Assembly: GCA_951406725.2 (NCBI GenBank)
Contig: OX597827.1
Span: 30,814,001 to 30,878,000 of the forward strand
Reading direction: 5' to 3'
Source: Octopus vulgaris
Taxonomy: Eukaryota
DNA length: 64,000 nucleotides
The notes below the pieces were generated by a model. That model was not told the origin of the DNA, did not search any database, and worked only from the letters and a program-made list of their open reading frames with translations. The position numbers and the translations under genes were made by a program. This document shows positions 1 to 14,431 of this stretch, one piece after another; positions within the stretch are counted from its first letter, which is position 1; every line of letters begins with the position of its first letter.

Positions 1-2516
1 TTCAAAACTGAAAAATAGGTCAAGTTTGTGAAAGCATCAGGGTCAATAGCAATTTTGGTTGCCCACAGTTGCAGCTAAGCTGAGCATGTTGGCCTGTTGG
101 CCTGCCGGTTATAGAGACAATGGTTTACATCGATGGCATTGTGTTGTATTCTTAACAAACAACACTTCATTTGCTCAATGTCTCAGTCTAGCTGATTGGA
201 AATAGAAAACCATATGGCAGTAGAGGTTACTAAGAGAGAGAAAGAGAAAGAGAGAGAGAGAAAGAGAGAGAGAAGGGGAGGGGTATATTTGATTTCTTTC
301 AGCAAGTCAGGCACCTCAAATTTTTTCAGAAGAAAAGGTAAATCATTGACTAAATAAACCCAGGCTAACTACTGATACCCTTTTTTTTTTATTTTTATAC
401 TTGTTTCAGTCATTAGAATGTGGCCATGCTGGGGCACTGCCTAGAAGAATTTTTAGTCAAATGAATTGACCCCAGCACTTGTTTTTTTAATTTTATTTTA
501 AGACTGGTACCTATTCTATCAGTTTTTTGCTGAACCGCTAAATTACAGGGATGTAAACACCAACACCGGTTGGCAAATTGTGAGGGGGGACATACACAAA
601 CACAAACACACACATACACATACACACAAAGGGCTTCTTTCAGTTTCCGCCTACCAAATCCATTCACAAGACTTTGGTGAGCCTGTGACTATAGCAGAAG
701 ACGCTAGCCCAAGGTGTCACGCAGTGGGATTGAACCTGGAACCATGTGGTTGGGAAGCAAGCTTTTTACCACACAGCCATACCTGAATCTGAAAGGAGCA
801 AAAGTGAAATAAATACTAGATTTCAACCCAGAATATGAAGGTATAAAACTAGAGTTAAAACATTTATGTACAATACACTATTTCTTCTAACTTAATTATC
901 AATAATTAATTATATATGTGGCTAGGTGGCAGAGGCGGTGGTTGTTGATTACTCTCATGTAGACTTAAAATGAGCAGATCCATGGGTACAGGTATTCCAG
1001 CCATGACCTCTCTGACTTTTTAGGAGTAATGCACAGCTACATTATCTCGTGCGTTTTATCATTATTTAAGATGCTAGGATACGATTTAAGAGAGATTTAG
1101 CTGATGTTTCTAGCAGGTTGAGCAACCATGTAGTACCTCCATCATACCATTCTCTCAAACTGACCAAGTGTTTTATAAGTTGGCAGTGCATAAGAAGTAT
1201 TCTCCTTAAATTCTCCTTAAACCTGCAAAGGAGAATGGTGTCCAAAGCAGGGTGGCATAAGGGGTGGGATGGTGGTGGAGTGAGGACAAACGGTATCTTA
1301 ATGCCACACACAAAAAAAAAATGGAAAGACTCCTCATACCCCCCCCCCCCACCGAAAACTAGGATATGCTCATCTAGCACACAGTGACCCTATCCAGTTG
1401 TATGGCAATGAAGAGAAACAGAAAGAAAAGAAGACATTCTCTATAATATTAAAATACTGGAACAGCAAGACCATGTAAAATAAACCAAACAACAATAATC
1501 TAATGAATAATTAATACAAGAAGCCAGCGCTGATAGACAAAGATATCCTGAAATTATTACATTTGCAGAGGACTTACTCTAGAGTTTTCTTGTTAGTCCA
1601 TTTTTTTTTTTGATCTTTTAGCACCTAAAACACCATGAAGCTTCAAGCTTTTATAATGGTGGATTTTAAGCGAAATCACACCTCACATTATGAATAATAA
1701 TTTGTATAGAGATATCTCATGAATGTATAAGAAAGTGACATATAAAGTGTATTTTACTAGACTTACATATTAAAATAAATAATTCACTTTGGTTTTTCTG
1801 CTGTACATTCTTGTTTGTACTGTCATGGAAAACCAAAAATAATTACTACAGATACTTGACAAATCTTACGAGAAGCAGACTGCTGTATGAAGAAAGCACA
1901 TTGATTGTGGGTAACTTGATCTGTTATAAATAGCATCTGAATTACCCTCATGCTTCATCCAAGCATCTTGCATTACGAGAAGACACATTGGACCAGACAG
2001 AATTTGCAGAGGCAGATTTTCTATGGTTGTATACCTTTCTTCTTGTCAATCCTCCTCACCTGTTGCTATGCAAGATAATATTTCCCTCTGTGGCTAGACT
2101 TATTTTCACTGAAGACTGGAAACAAGGGACATTGCTTCTAGGATGGTGATGTTCAATCATAAGTATCGCTTGATGCCAAGAGGAGGTACAAACACTCACA
2201 TATGCCCTCCCCCCATCAACCCAGCCTAACCCTTCCACACATATACATATAAAGTGTGCCACGTAAAAAGTACATGTGCCTATGTCACATAAAAAGCACC
2301 CAGTACGCTCTGTAAAGTGGTTGTTGTGAGTAAGGGCATTCAACCATAGAAACTAAGCCAAAACAGAGGACTTGAGCCTGGAGCAGCTCTCTGGCTGACC
2401 AGCTCTGGTCAAACTGTCCAACCCATGTCAGCATGGAAAAGGAATGTTAAATGATGATGATGATGGTATGTATGTATGTATGTATGTATGCATGCATGTA
2501 TGTATGTGTGCAAGTG

Positions 2517-2845
2517 TGAAGGTGCGTGGCTTAGTGGTTAGGGGCATTTGGCTCATGATCGTAAGGTCGTGAGTTCAATTCCCGGCGGCGCGTTGTGTCC
2601 TTGAGCAAGACACTTTATTTCACGTTTCTCCAGTTCACTCAGCTGGCAAAATTGAGTAGTAGCTGTATTTCAAAGGGCCAGCCTTGTCATACTCTGTGTC
2701 ATGCTGAATCTCCCCGAGAACTACGTTAAGGGTACACGTGTTTGTGGAGTGCTCAGCCACTACTTGCACATTAATTTCACGAGCAAGCTGTTTCATTGAT
2801 CATATCAGCTGGGACCCTCGTCGTCGCAATCGACGGAATGCTCGA
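2517..2845 (+). mobile_element. tRNA-derived SINE family C
   Basis: A box TGGCTTAGTGG, B box AGTTCAATTCC, then TGTGTCCTTGAGCAAGACACTT. Confidence 0.8.
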
Positions 2846-4047
2846 TGTGTGCAAGTGTGTGCTCTGTTTCATTATATGCAAGTGTCACAGTCATACATAG
2901 TGTTGTTAATTTGCAAACTTCTGTGAAATCATGTCTGGCCATTATGCTATTTATGCTTGAATGATTCAGGGAAATAATATTACCATACTTGGAAGCAGGT
3001 AAGGGTTGGTGACAGGAAGGGCATCCAGACGGTCAAAACCTGCAGCAGTGAATTTTGTCCAACCCATGTAATCATGGTGATGTAAATAAACCAACATCAG
3101 TTATCACAGAGGTGTTGGTGTTGTATAAAAACAAACACACACACACACACATCCACCTATCTTCTCTGCTTCCTATTCATGAGGGCAGAGTTCTCAGGCA
3201 TTTTCTCCATAAGATTTTATCAGAAAGCCATTAGACCTTCCAACTTGATTCCCAAATACAACCAACTGAAAAATTGGACATAATGCAACCATCTCATTCT
3301 TGGTCTGCCTCCAGATAGCTTTGTCTTGAAGAATCCATTTTGCGATTCTTTCTTGAAACCTAATTCCATATCCATAGTACAAGAGCTGTGGCCTGAGAAG
3401 TAGCAACTTGACCTGGAGAGACTCTCTGATTCCCAAATTATGCAGCCTGTTGGACAACATAATTCCAGAAATCCTTCAGAAGATCCTCATTTCTGGCTAT
3501 TTCTAGTTGTGATCATTCTCTTTCAGAAATTACTGACCATAAGTGAGGATAGGAATGAAAACCAAATTGAAGATGTTTATAATTTTTTAAGGGAAGAGTC
3601 TTGAAGCAGATGCACTATAAATGATAGGTTCTAAAAAATCCCTCATATAGAATAAAGGTTGAAGGCTTTCTTGCAGGGTTGGAATCTGCATGGGTACAGA
3701 AAATGGGAGTCCAACAGGTAACCTTCAAATTTATCTGTAAACCACTTTGAAATTTATTCTTAAAACATCGTTTATTTCACAAGTCAAAAAGCATCTACTT
3801 TTTCTTGATGTAAACATAAAATATGTTAACAAGTAGTATTATGAACAAAGTAATATCACAAAAAATTGTAGAGACTACCTAATGCTTTCTGTTTATGTAA
3901 ATATTTATTATAATGTACTAGTTAAGCTTCACAACTGCTACTACATTAAGCAAGAAGCACAAGCTAGCCTTAGAAGTTCTATGCAAAGAAGTAAGTTCCA
4001 TGTGTGTGTGTGTGTGTGCATATACCTGCATGTGTATGTAGGTGCAT

Positions 4048-4082
<35 letters not shown>

Positions 4083-4689
4083 CACATACACTCACACATA
4101 CTCATATTTGTATGTATATATGTACGTATGTACATACATTCATACATACATATCCATTTAGTGTTGAATAGTTGTAACTTGTCTGAAGACTGTGCCACCC
4201 AGAAGTGAAACTCAGAGTAGCAAAAGATTAACTTGACCAAAATTACACACACACACACAAACACACAGAGATACACACACGTAAACATATATATGAGTGT
4301 GTGTGTATGTTACATACATATGTCTATACATATACATATATATACATATATATATATATCTAACCCATGCTAGCATGGACAACGAATGTTAAATGATAAC
4401 GATGATGATGATGGTGTAGGTGTGAGTATATATTATATATATATATATATATATAACCAAAAGTTTAATTCCTTATCTTTCTTTTGCTCACCTACAACCC
4501 AGTGCATTATTCTCGGAGATTTTAAGGTGGCAATACCATCTTTTGGTGTCTATTTTTCTAGCACATGGCTTATAGAGGCTTATAGCCAATCCCTTGTTAT
4601 AATTATGTATATAATTATTAAAATATATATATATACACACACAAACACACCAAGTTGTGGAGTTCATTTTTAGATATGCTTCCTTTCTC

Positions 4690-5450
4690 ACAAGCATGGG
4701 CTTTTAAGTAAGGGAAGAATGGCAACAATGGCTCAACCTGGCTGTGAACAAGTGTACCACCATGCATTTTGGGTGGAAAACCCAGCGTCCACATACTCTG
4801 GGCATTACTGTCAGCAGCGATTTGCACTGGACAAAGCACATCTCTAAAATTGTCCAGAAGGCTGAGGGTATCGTGACATCACACAGCTATCTGTTTAACA
4901 CTGCATATGGTTATGGTGAGGCCACACTTGGAATTTGCATCACCTGTCTGGAACCCCTCTCTTGCTCGGGATATTGACCTTCTGGAAACTGTTCAGAGAT
5001 GTGCAACCGAGTGAATCCCCTCCATCAGGCATCTACCACACTCTGAACGCTTTGCTTCCCTGGGCATGGATACATTGAAGCTCTGATGTCTGGTAATTAA
5101 CTTGGTAAACACCCAAAAAATTATTAACCATCATGCCAACAACCACCTTAAGCACCTTTTTGAGTTCCATGTGTCTAACATGTGGGCATGCCCACAAAGT
5201 CAGAAAACAGCACAGCTCCCATGACTTTCGGAAACATTTTTTCACATACTGAGTTGCTGAAGCATGGAACAAACTACCTGCATCAGTTGTCAGTTGCCGA
5301 GACATACGCATGCACGCAATGTATATCGTTAATTTTACACTGTTCACTTTCCTGACTTTTGTACATAATTCTATGTACTGTACATGCACCTTTGATGAGT
5401 TGTAGTGCACCTGAGCACTATAAACAATAATTTCATTATTATTATTATTT
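4690..5450 (+). mobile_element. CR1-clade LINE 3' end, decayed
   Basis: KCTTMHFG, LGITVSSDLHWTKHI, LETVQR-like, AEAWNKLP-like; (ATT)n tail. Confidence 0.75.
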
Positions 5451-5491
5451 CATTATTAAAAAGCTATCTGTCAGATATTTGGAGTAGTCAG

Positions 5492-5528
<37 letters not shown>

Positions 5529-5735
5529 TCTATATTCTTTTATTTGTTTCAGTCATTTGACTGTAGTTATGCTGGAGCACTGCCTTTAGTCAAACAAATC
5601 AACCCTAGGACTTATTCTTTGTAAGCTTAGTACTTATTCTATCGGCCTCTATTGTTGAACTGCTCAGTTACAGGGACGAAAACACACCAGCATTGGTTGT
5701 TAAGCGGTGGTGGGGTGACACGGACGCACAAACAT

Positions 5736-5776
<41 letters not shown>

Positions 5777-6169
5777 TACATACATATATATGTGACAGGC
5801 TTCTTTAAGTTTCCATCTACCAAATCCACTCACAAGGCTTTGGTCAGCCCGAGGCTACAATAGAAGACGCTTAAGGTGCCATGCAGTGGGACTGAACCTG
5901 GAACCATGTGGTTGGGAAGTAAGCTTCTTACCATACAGCCACTCCTGTGCCAGTATATATAAAACAGTCAGTTATTTTACTTATTGTAACTTCAGCCTCT
6001 CAGTCATACTGACACACAAACATATATATATATATATACAGGTATTATATATATACAGGTATTCAAGACAGATGGACAGACTGTCAGAGTGTGTGTGCAT
6101 CAGAGAGAGAGAGAGAGAGAAATGTCTGAATAAATGAATACACTTCTGTACATGAGGAAATATTTTGTA

Positions 6170-6546
6170 TACTCTTTTACTCTTTTACTTGTTTCAGTCA
6201 TTTGACTGCGGCCATGCTGGAGCACCGCCTTTAGTCGAGCAAATCGACCCCGAGACTTATTCTTTGTAAGCCCAGTACTTATTCTATCGGTCTCTTTTGC
6301 CGAACCGCTAAGTAACGGGGACGTAAACACACCAGCATCAGTTGTCAAGCAATGCTAGGGGGACAAACACAGACACACAAACACACACATACATATACAT
6401 ATATATACATATATACGACAGGCTTCTTTCAGTTTCCGTCTACCAAATCCACTCACAAGGCTTTGGTCGGCCCGAGGCTATAGTAGAAGACACTTGCCCA
6501 AGGTGCCACGCAGTGGGACTGAACCCGGAACCATGCGGTTGGTAAA
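6170..6546 (-). mobile_element. tRNA-derived SINE family A (well-preserved copy)
   Basis: B box GGTTCAGTCCC, CORE-like CCTTGGGCAAGTGTCTT, internal microsatellite; other copies near 400-785(-), 5535-5950(-), 13355-13700, 15985(-), 23320-23700(-), 26700(+), 28325-28890(+), 30938-31980(+), 39345(-), 55240-55620(-). Confidence 0.85.
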
Positions 6547-7179
6547 AATACAATTCAGGAAATTTAAGTTGGTGAATAAGTTTAAAAGAGTTTAATGGAA
6601 CAAACTAAGAGAAGGAGTGTGTGAAGTTAGAAATGAGAATGAAGAACACCACAGATAAAGACCAATATAGAAAGCATGTTGCTGTTGGTGTTTAGCCCTA
6701 GGTCATACCTATTTGAGCAAGGATCACCTTATCATTTTTTCTTTGTATACAGTTTATTTAAGGGTGCATTATCTAATGCCTTCATATCAAAACATATCAC
6801 ATATGTTATCAAATGTGTACTTGTTTTGTTTCAAAGATGTTAGTGATTTGAAAGAGATTGAACTATTATTTCTAACAGGTCGTGTGACCACTTTGTTGTT
6901 CTTTCATTGACACGGCAACAATTTTTTTAATTGTTAGTGCTTATTTAGTTTCAAATTCTGAGCAACACAAAATATGTTCTTCCTTCCTCTGTTTAATAGA
7001 GGTGTTATTTATAGCAGCCTGCATGACTGCACAGAGGGGCTTTTTCTTAGACTTGATCGGTCCCTCTTAGTAAATAATATATCTCAGTCCACTGGTAATC
7101 ATTTCTAATGGGAAAACAAAGTACAATGCAACTATTTACTATTGTTTGTTGTGATTGCTTATGTCATGAGTTTGAATGA

Positions 7180-7489
7180 TGCCGAGGTTGACTTGCACTT
7201 TTTTCCTTTGGGGCTCATTAAAATAAGTACCAGTAGAACACTGAGGTTGGTGTAATCAACTTACCCCACCCTCTCAAAACTGCTGGCCTTGCACCAAAAT
7301 TTGAAAAAATTATCATTATCATTATTATTATTATTGTTATTATCATTTACTTTTAATCTGCATGTTTGTTGTAATCACTTGCTGAGACACACCCAGCATC
7401 CTAGGGTGAGTGAAGGATAAGAGATGTTAAAGTATGACTGAAAGCTTGGGGAGGGGAAGTGGCAGGTGCAGTAGCGAAATATCTTCATA

Positions 7490-7561
<72 letters not shown>

Positions 7562-8205
7562 CTAAGGTGGTGAGCTGGCAGAATCATTAGTATTCTGGGC
7601 GAAATGCTTAGTGGTAATTCGCTTATCTTTATTTTCTGAATTCAAATTCTGTTGAGGTCAGCTATGCCTTACATCATTTTGGGATTGATAAATTAAGTAC
7701 CAGTGAAACACTGGGGTCAATATAATCAACTAGTCGTCGTCGTTGTCATCATTATTATTATTAAGGCAGCAAGCTGGCACAATTGTTAGCGTGTCAGACA
7801 AAATGCTTTGCAGCATTTTCTTTGAGCTTTATATTTTTAGTTCAAATACTACCAAAGTAAACTTTGTTTTTTATCCTATCAGGGTTGATAAAGTACCAGT
7901 TTGATAATAGGGGTGATGTAATTCAATAACCCCTTCCCCTTAAACTCGCTAGCCTCGTCAAAATTTGAAACAACAACAACAACAATAATATTATTAGACT
8001 TGGCAAAATTGTTACCACACCAGGCAAAATTCTTAGCGGCATTTCGTCTGCTTTTATGTTCTGAGTTCAAATTCTGCTGCGGTTGACTTTGCCTTTCATC
8101 CTTTCAGGGTCGATAAATTAAGTACCAGTTTCGCGCTGGGGTCAATGTAATCGACTTACCCACTTCCCCTGAAATTATTGGCCTTGTGCTAAAATGCGAA
8201 ACCAT
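7180..8205 (+). mobile_element. Cluster of four SINE family B copies (Meta-domain-like)
   Basis: GAGCTGGCAGAA..GTTCAAAT head and GACTTTGCCTTTCATCCTTTC..GATAAATTAAGTACCAG central motif; further copies at 37010-37150(-), 42457-42668(-), 44010-44130(+). Confidence 0.8.
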
Positions 8206-10188
8206 TGTTGTTGTTGTTTACATTTTTCTTTCATGCAGTATCTACCATTTTCATTTACAGTTTCATCTCAAAATATAATTAATAATAATATTAGATGTTG
8301 ACTGATTGGGAAAAAGAAAGAGAACAGATTAAAAGAAAAAAAAAAACAACTGCTGCAAAAGGTGATGTCAGATTTTTTGTTTGTTTGTTGTTGCTGTCAC
8401 TGCTTTATGTGTGCGTGCGTGTGTACATTGTATGTGTGTATGTATGTATGTATGTATGTATGTATATTTTTCCTGTTTAATTGTCTGCAGCATTACAGTT
8501 ATTGTAAATGTAACAATGATTACTGAGTATCTTCTTTGGAAGGAGTAGCCCGAGGCTACAGTGATAGCACTCTGTTTCTTCAACAACAAGAACAACAACA
8601 GCAACAACGGCAGCAGCAGCAGTAATAGTAATGGTAGTAGGTTTTGTTGTATAAGTAAAGAAAAATATTGCAAAAAGAATGAACGAAAGAGGAGAAAGAA
8701 AGAGAGGGTGCAAACAATTTGAAAAAGTAAAGAGAGGAGATAAGAGCAGAATTTGATAATAGGCAGAGATTCATATCAAGAACTGAAAATTGTTAGCACA
8801 TGCTACATATTCCACATACCTATTGGCATATCTGCTTTCTGAAATGCCAAGGGCAAGAATACATAGTCCTCACGTACATTGTGCCATTGAAAAGCAATAT
8901 TGTTATTATTACTATCATTATTATTAATATTCTTACTGTTATTATTTGTGTGCTTGTATGTGTGTGTGTGTGTGTGTGTATGTGTGTGTGTGCGTGCGTG
9001 TGTGTGTGTGTGTGTATTTGCTTCAAACTTCAAGTTTGGTAAGCATTATTTGGTCGTAAGAAGTCTGCCTCCACGTGTCTGTTCTGTTCTTCTATTACAA
9101 TGAAATTAACAAAAGAAAGTATATAAAAGGAGAAAAAAAAACCAAACAGACAGACAGACAAGTACTGTTTAACGAAGAAAATGTTGTTGATGTTGTTGTT
9201 ACAACTGCTATCAATAATGAATTGTTGCTATCTTGTTCCTTATTTATCTGATTATAATTATTGATTAACGTAGATAGAATTTAGCACCTCAGGTATGAAT
9301 ATCATGTGAAAACATATGGCACACTTCAACTGAATATGTTAACTATTTTAAGTGATTACCGTCGCCATCATCATTATGATTGTCACTTTCATCGCCACCA
9401 CCACCACCACCACTACAATAATTATCACCACCACCACCATCATCATCAACACCACAACTAACATCATCATCACCATCACCACCGTCACCACAGCCCATCA
9501 TCACCATGATCTATTGTCACCATCGTCATCACCACCACCAGCATCATTCTCACAAGCCTTTCCCCTCCTCCTCTTCATCATCATCTTTATCAACATGCAA
9601 TATTTTTCTTTACTTTCACCACCACCACCACCACCACAGCCCATCATCACAACCTATTGTCACCATCGTCGTCGCCACCACCATCATCATTCTCACAACC
9701 CTCTCCCTCCCCTCCTTTTCATCATCATCATCAACATCATCACCATCTTAATGAAAAATTAAAGACACATAACTTTGTCTTGGGGGATATTCTCTCAAAA
9801 CAGCAATTTGTAAAAATCTCAACTACATTCACAAAATAGATGAAGTTAAATATTATAAATTAGATTAAATTTAATTCAATTTTCCATAAAATTATTGAAT
9901 TTTGACAAAAAGGCAATTGTATTTAAAGTAACAAGGAGATATTTGATACCAGTCCAGAAAATTTGAGATTTAAGATAAGACACATAGTTTAGGGAAAAGA
10001 AAAAAAGAAACATAAGACAAAAGATTTTATATGCGTATATAGGTGTGTAGGTGTGTGTGAATGAATACATACATACACACACACACACACACATATATAT
10101 ATATGTATATATATATAGAGAGAGGAAGAGAGGGAGATGTGTATTTTTGTATATATGTGTGTGTATGTGAATATATATATGTATGTAT

Positions 10189-10220
<32 letters not shown>

Positions 10221-10334
10221 GCACAAACATACAGTCATATAAAGAAGAGGAGGCAGTATAGCTTCATAAAAATGGGGGGAAAAACATTTAGCTTAATTAA
10301 ATTACTGAAGAATTAATTATAATATAACTTGATC

Positions 10335-10397
<63 letters not shown>

Positions 10398-10862
10398 TTA
10401 ATGACATATAATAAAGCCAAATCAAATATGCTGCACTCAGATTCACTTGCTTGGAGACAATAACCAGTAAATATATCTCCACATATAAACTAAAAGAATA
10501 TCAGGAAACCATACTCTGAAAGAAATATGAATAATTCTTATGGTTACAGTTTAGAAATTCATATCACAACCATGTGGTCTGGTTTCAATCCTAGTTCATG
10601 GTTCCCTGGGCAAGTGTCTTTTAAAATAGACTCATGTTGACCAATGCTTTCAGAGTGAAATTTGGCAGATAATTATATCTATATCTAATCTCTCCATCTA
10701 GTCATTCATCTCTATCTATCTATGTCTGTCTGTCTGTCTGTCTACCTGCCTGTCTGTCTGTCTGTCTGTCTATCTATCTGCCTGCCTGTCTTGCTCACTC
10801 ACACACTCTATCTATCTATCTAGCTATCTGTCTATCTGTCTATCTGTCTATCTGTCTATCTG

Positions 10863-10921
<59 letters not shown>

Positions 10922-10966
10922 ATCTATCTATCTAGCTAGCTATCTCTCTATCTACCTATCTATCTA

Positions 10967-11026
<60 letters not shown>

Positions 11027-11027
11027 T

Positions 11028-12746
11028 AGGCAGGGCGCTGCGAAGATGCCATCACGGTGGTGGAAGTGCAGGACGCGATGGCAGAATGCTCGAGGGATAA
11101 ATCGCCGGGTCTGGATGGTCTACCCTACAAGCTTTACAGTTGTATGCCAGACTTGTTTGGAGACGACGTCTTGGCAGCGGTGTACTGCAACTGGCAGCAA
11201 AATGGGAGCATTCCTGGTTTTGTGAGCCAAGGAGCCGTAACACTGCTGAGGTAAGACCTAAACAAGGGTAATGTAATAGATAACTTTAGGCCCATCACTC
11301 TGCTTAATGCAGACTTGAAAATTTTGGCCAAGGTGTTAGCCAAGAGGTTGGCGCTTGTCATCAAGAAACTGGTCGACAAGGCGCAAACGTGCGCCGGGCC
11401 GGGCCGGAGCATCCATGACAACCTCCACCTGATGCGCTACATCATAGACAGAGTAGTTAAGGAACCTGGCATGGGTGGGGTGCTGATCAATTTGGATCAA
11501 TCGAAAGCTTTCGATAGGGTAGACCATCGATACTTGGAGGCTGTCCTCAGAGCGGCTGGTTTCGGTCCTGTCTTCCGCAGCTGGATAGCCGCTTTGTACA
11601 GAGGCATCCGGTCAGTAATTCGCGTAAATGGACATCTATTGAGACCTTTTGACATTGCACGTTCGGTCCGTCAAGCAACCCTGCTGTCCCAGGTCGACCT
11701 TGAGTGACTCCAACACAACCCAAGCATTCAATAGGGGATTAGTGGAGGGGAGGTACGACGACGAGCTCGGTGTGAACCTGGACGTCGACGAGGAATACCT
11801 GATCCACCTGTTTGGGATGACTTTCGGGCCAGGGCTCATGGACAACTTCCAGAGATCCCTGGCCTGGCAATGCTACCGAGAAGCGCTACCCGTTCGGGAT
11901 AAGCTCTACAGACACGGCTCGAGAAATACGGGGCCGACCTGCCCGAGATGCGGTCAGAGCAACAAAACTGTTCTGCACGCACTCGTGCAGTGTCCAACAA
12001 TTTCCGACCTGTGGGCTTATGTCGAACAACTGTTGTCACGTGTGGGATGAGACGGTTTATCAGCTGAGTCTATTGTCAATATTGTCATGTCTCCTTCCTT
12101 CAAACGAGAAGGAAGAGCTATTTTCATCATCCTTGTGGCTATGGCGAAAGAATGTATCTGGTGGACGCATCTGAAAGGATTGGAGACAAACACTTTCCTC
12201 TCTGGTCAATCTCTCATCAACTTCTTCAAGTATCACTTGAAAAGGAAAGTGAGAGTAGAGAGGCAAGTTTTCTCTAGCGAATGTTTTAAAAAATGATGGG
12301 TGAATGTAGCAAGGATGGCACATATGAATGACAAAGCCACCTTGAGCATAATCCTATGAACCCAGAAATTGAAAACAGAGGGTTACCCACTTGCAAACAA
12401 ATGTGGTAACATGTAACAATATTGATCGAGGTTACCGTGGTCTTTTCCGTAGGCTTTTCTTCCCACGGATAAACCTTATCTGCTTCCCCCTTTACACCGT
12501 ACATCATGACACTGTGATACACGATCCCCATTGATCACTTTTTTCTTTTTCCCCTTTTTTCCTTTCTTTTTTTCTCCTTTTTTTTCTTTTGTCTCTTTTC
12601 CCTTTTTTCTTTTTTTTTCTTATTTCCCTCTTACCATCCCTTTTGATCGAAAACCTACCCCACTTTTTTTTTTCTCCAAAAAAAGAAAAGCTCTACTTTG
12701 TAATCTGTCCCATCTGTGTGCAGCCCTATGTGGCTAATAAAGAAAC
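11028..12746 (+). mobile_element. L1/Tx1-clade LINE, 5'-truncated with internal deletion near 11675
   Basis: RT motifs KSPGLDG, NFRPITLLNAD, LDQSKAFDRVDH, SVRQ joined directly to a C-terminal CPRC..H..C region; 3' AATAAA then (TATC)n. Confidence 0.88.
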
Positions 12747-12781
12747 ATATCTATCTATCTATCTATCTATCTATTCATTCA

Positions 12782-12817
<36 letters not shown>

Positions 12818-13712
12818 AATCTATTCATTCATCTGTCCATGTGTGTATGTGTGTGGTTGTGTGTGCATGTGTGTGGTTGTGTGTGCATGTACTGGTGTAA
12901 ATATGTCACGATTTATGCCCTTTAAGGCTGCATGACACACTAAAAGTATGTAACTCACAAAAACTTACCCATTTAGCAATTGATTAGTGATTGATAAAAG
13001 GAAAAGTACAAGATACCGTTAATGTACATGTGTTTGGGTGTCGCACATGCATGAGTGTATGTCTGTGTGTATGAGTGTGCATGTGTGTGTGTGCGTCTAT
13101 ATGTATGTATGCGTACACACACACACATACACTCACACACATATGCATGCACACATGCTTCAATAGTATGATGAAAGCAAGCTAGCTGAAACTTCGAAGT
13201 TACTGACAACCTTTCCTTTTTAAAAATTCAATAAGCATGCACGCTATGGAAACATTGGGTAATTTTTCATTTTAAAGTTGAATTGTTTCTACTTAAATAA
13301 ACTGACCTAGAAACAAGCATTAATATACATGTATACATGTACACATATTATAGGTGCAGGAGTGGCTGTATGGTAAGTAGCTTGCTTACCAACCACATGG
13401 TTCCAGGTTCAGTCCCATTGCATGGTACCTTCTACTATAGCCTCAGGCCGACCAAAGCCCTGAGTGGATTTGGTAGACAAAAACTGAAAGAAGCCCGTCG
13501 TATATATATATATATATATGTGTGTGTGTATCTTTTATTTGTTTTGGTCATTTGACTGTAGCCATCTGAGGGCACAATAGTCATATTTTTTTGTAAAGCT
13601 TGGTCTTTTTTGCTGAACCATTAAGATACGGAGACATAAACACAACAAAACTGGTTTGCCAAGCAGTGGTGGGGTCAAACACAGACATAAACACACACAC
13701 ATCTATATACAT

Positions 13713-13783
<71 letters not shown>

Positions 13784-14431
13784 CCTGAGATAGGTGCTTA
13801 TAATGTACATATACATATACATATACCTGAGATAAGTGCTTATAATATCTATATACAAACACATACATATACATATATATATATGGTGGATTCTCTCATC
13901 AAAGACGATGAATGAGGGTTCAGCAAATAACCTTCAACAACTCCCAAGCCCTGTGACACTGCATGTGTATCTTAAAAAAAAAAAAAAAGCACACATCGAT
14001 GTGCCAAACCTCAGGTGTTATTGAGTGAAAATGGTTTACTGAACAACTGGCACTTTGACTTGTTTAAAGTGGTCATTGCTTGTGCTGAACAAAGCACACT
14101 CTCTCCATCGAATTAACATGGTCTGTACAGGTGCACGGTGTGCCACACGTCAGATGATAAAACGATCACAGTTTCTTGTAAGAGTGTTCCGTCTCCTAGA
14201 TCAGTTGTGAGAATCAACACTAAAGGGTCTGATCAACCCTAGTAGGCTTTCTGCGCGCCTGGGCACCATACCAGGTATTTCTAGGTCCTCGCATGATACA
14301 GCCCTAAGACATTTATTGGATGGCCGTTGACTCTCAAGAGTTCCTCCGCCCTTTGACGGGTTTTGTTTTTCATCCCACAGGGTGTCCAATAAACACCCTC
14401 CTCACCAAGCAAGCTTGGTGTGATATATATA

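Noticed and set aside
2517-2590. tRNA gene-like A and B boxes, also in family A copies
   Set aside because: Continue into SINE body without a cloverleaf end or Pol III terminator
9352-9762. 136-aa Thr/Ile/His/Pro-rich ORF
   Set aside because: Degenerate (CAT/CAC)n repeat with no splice or family support
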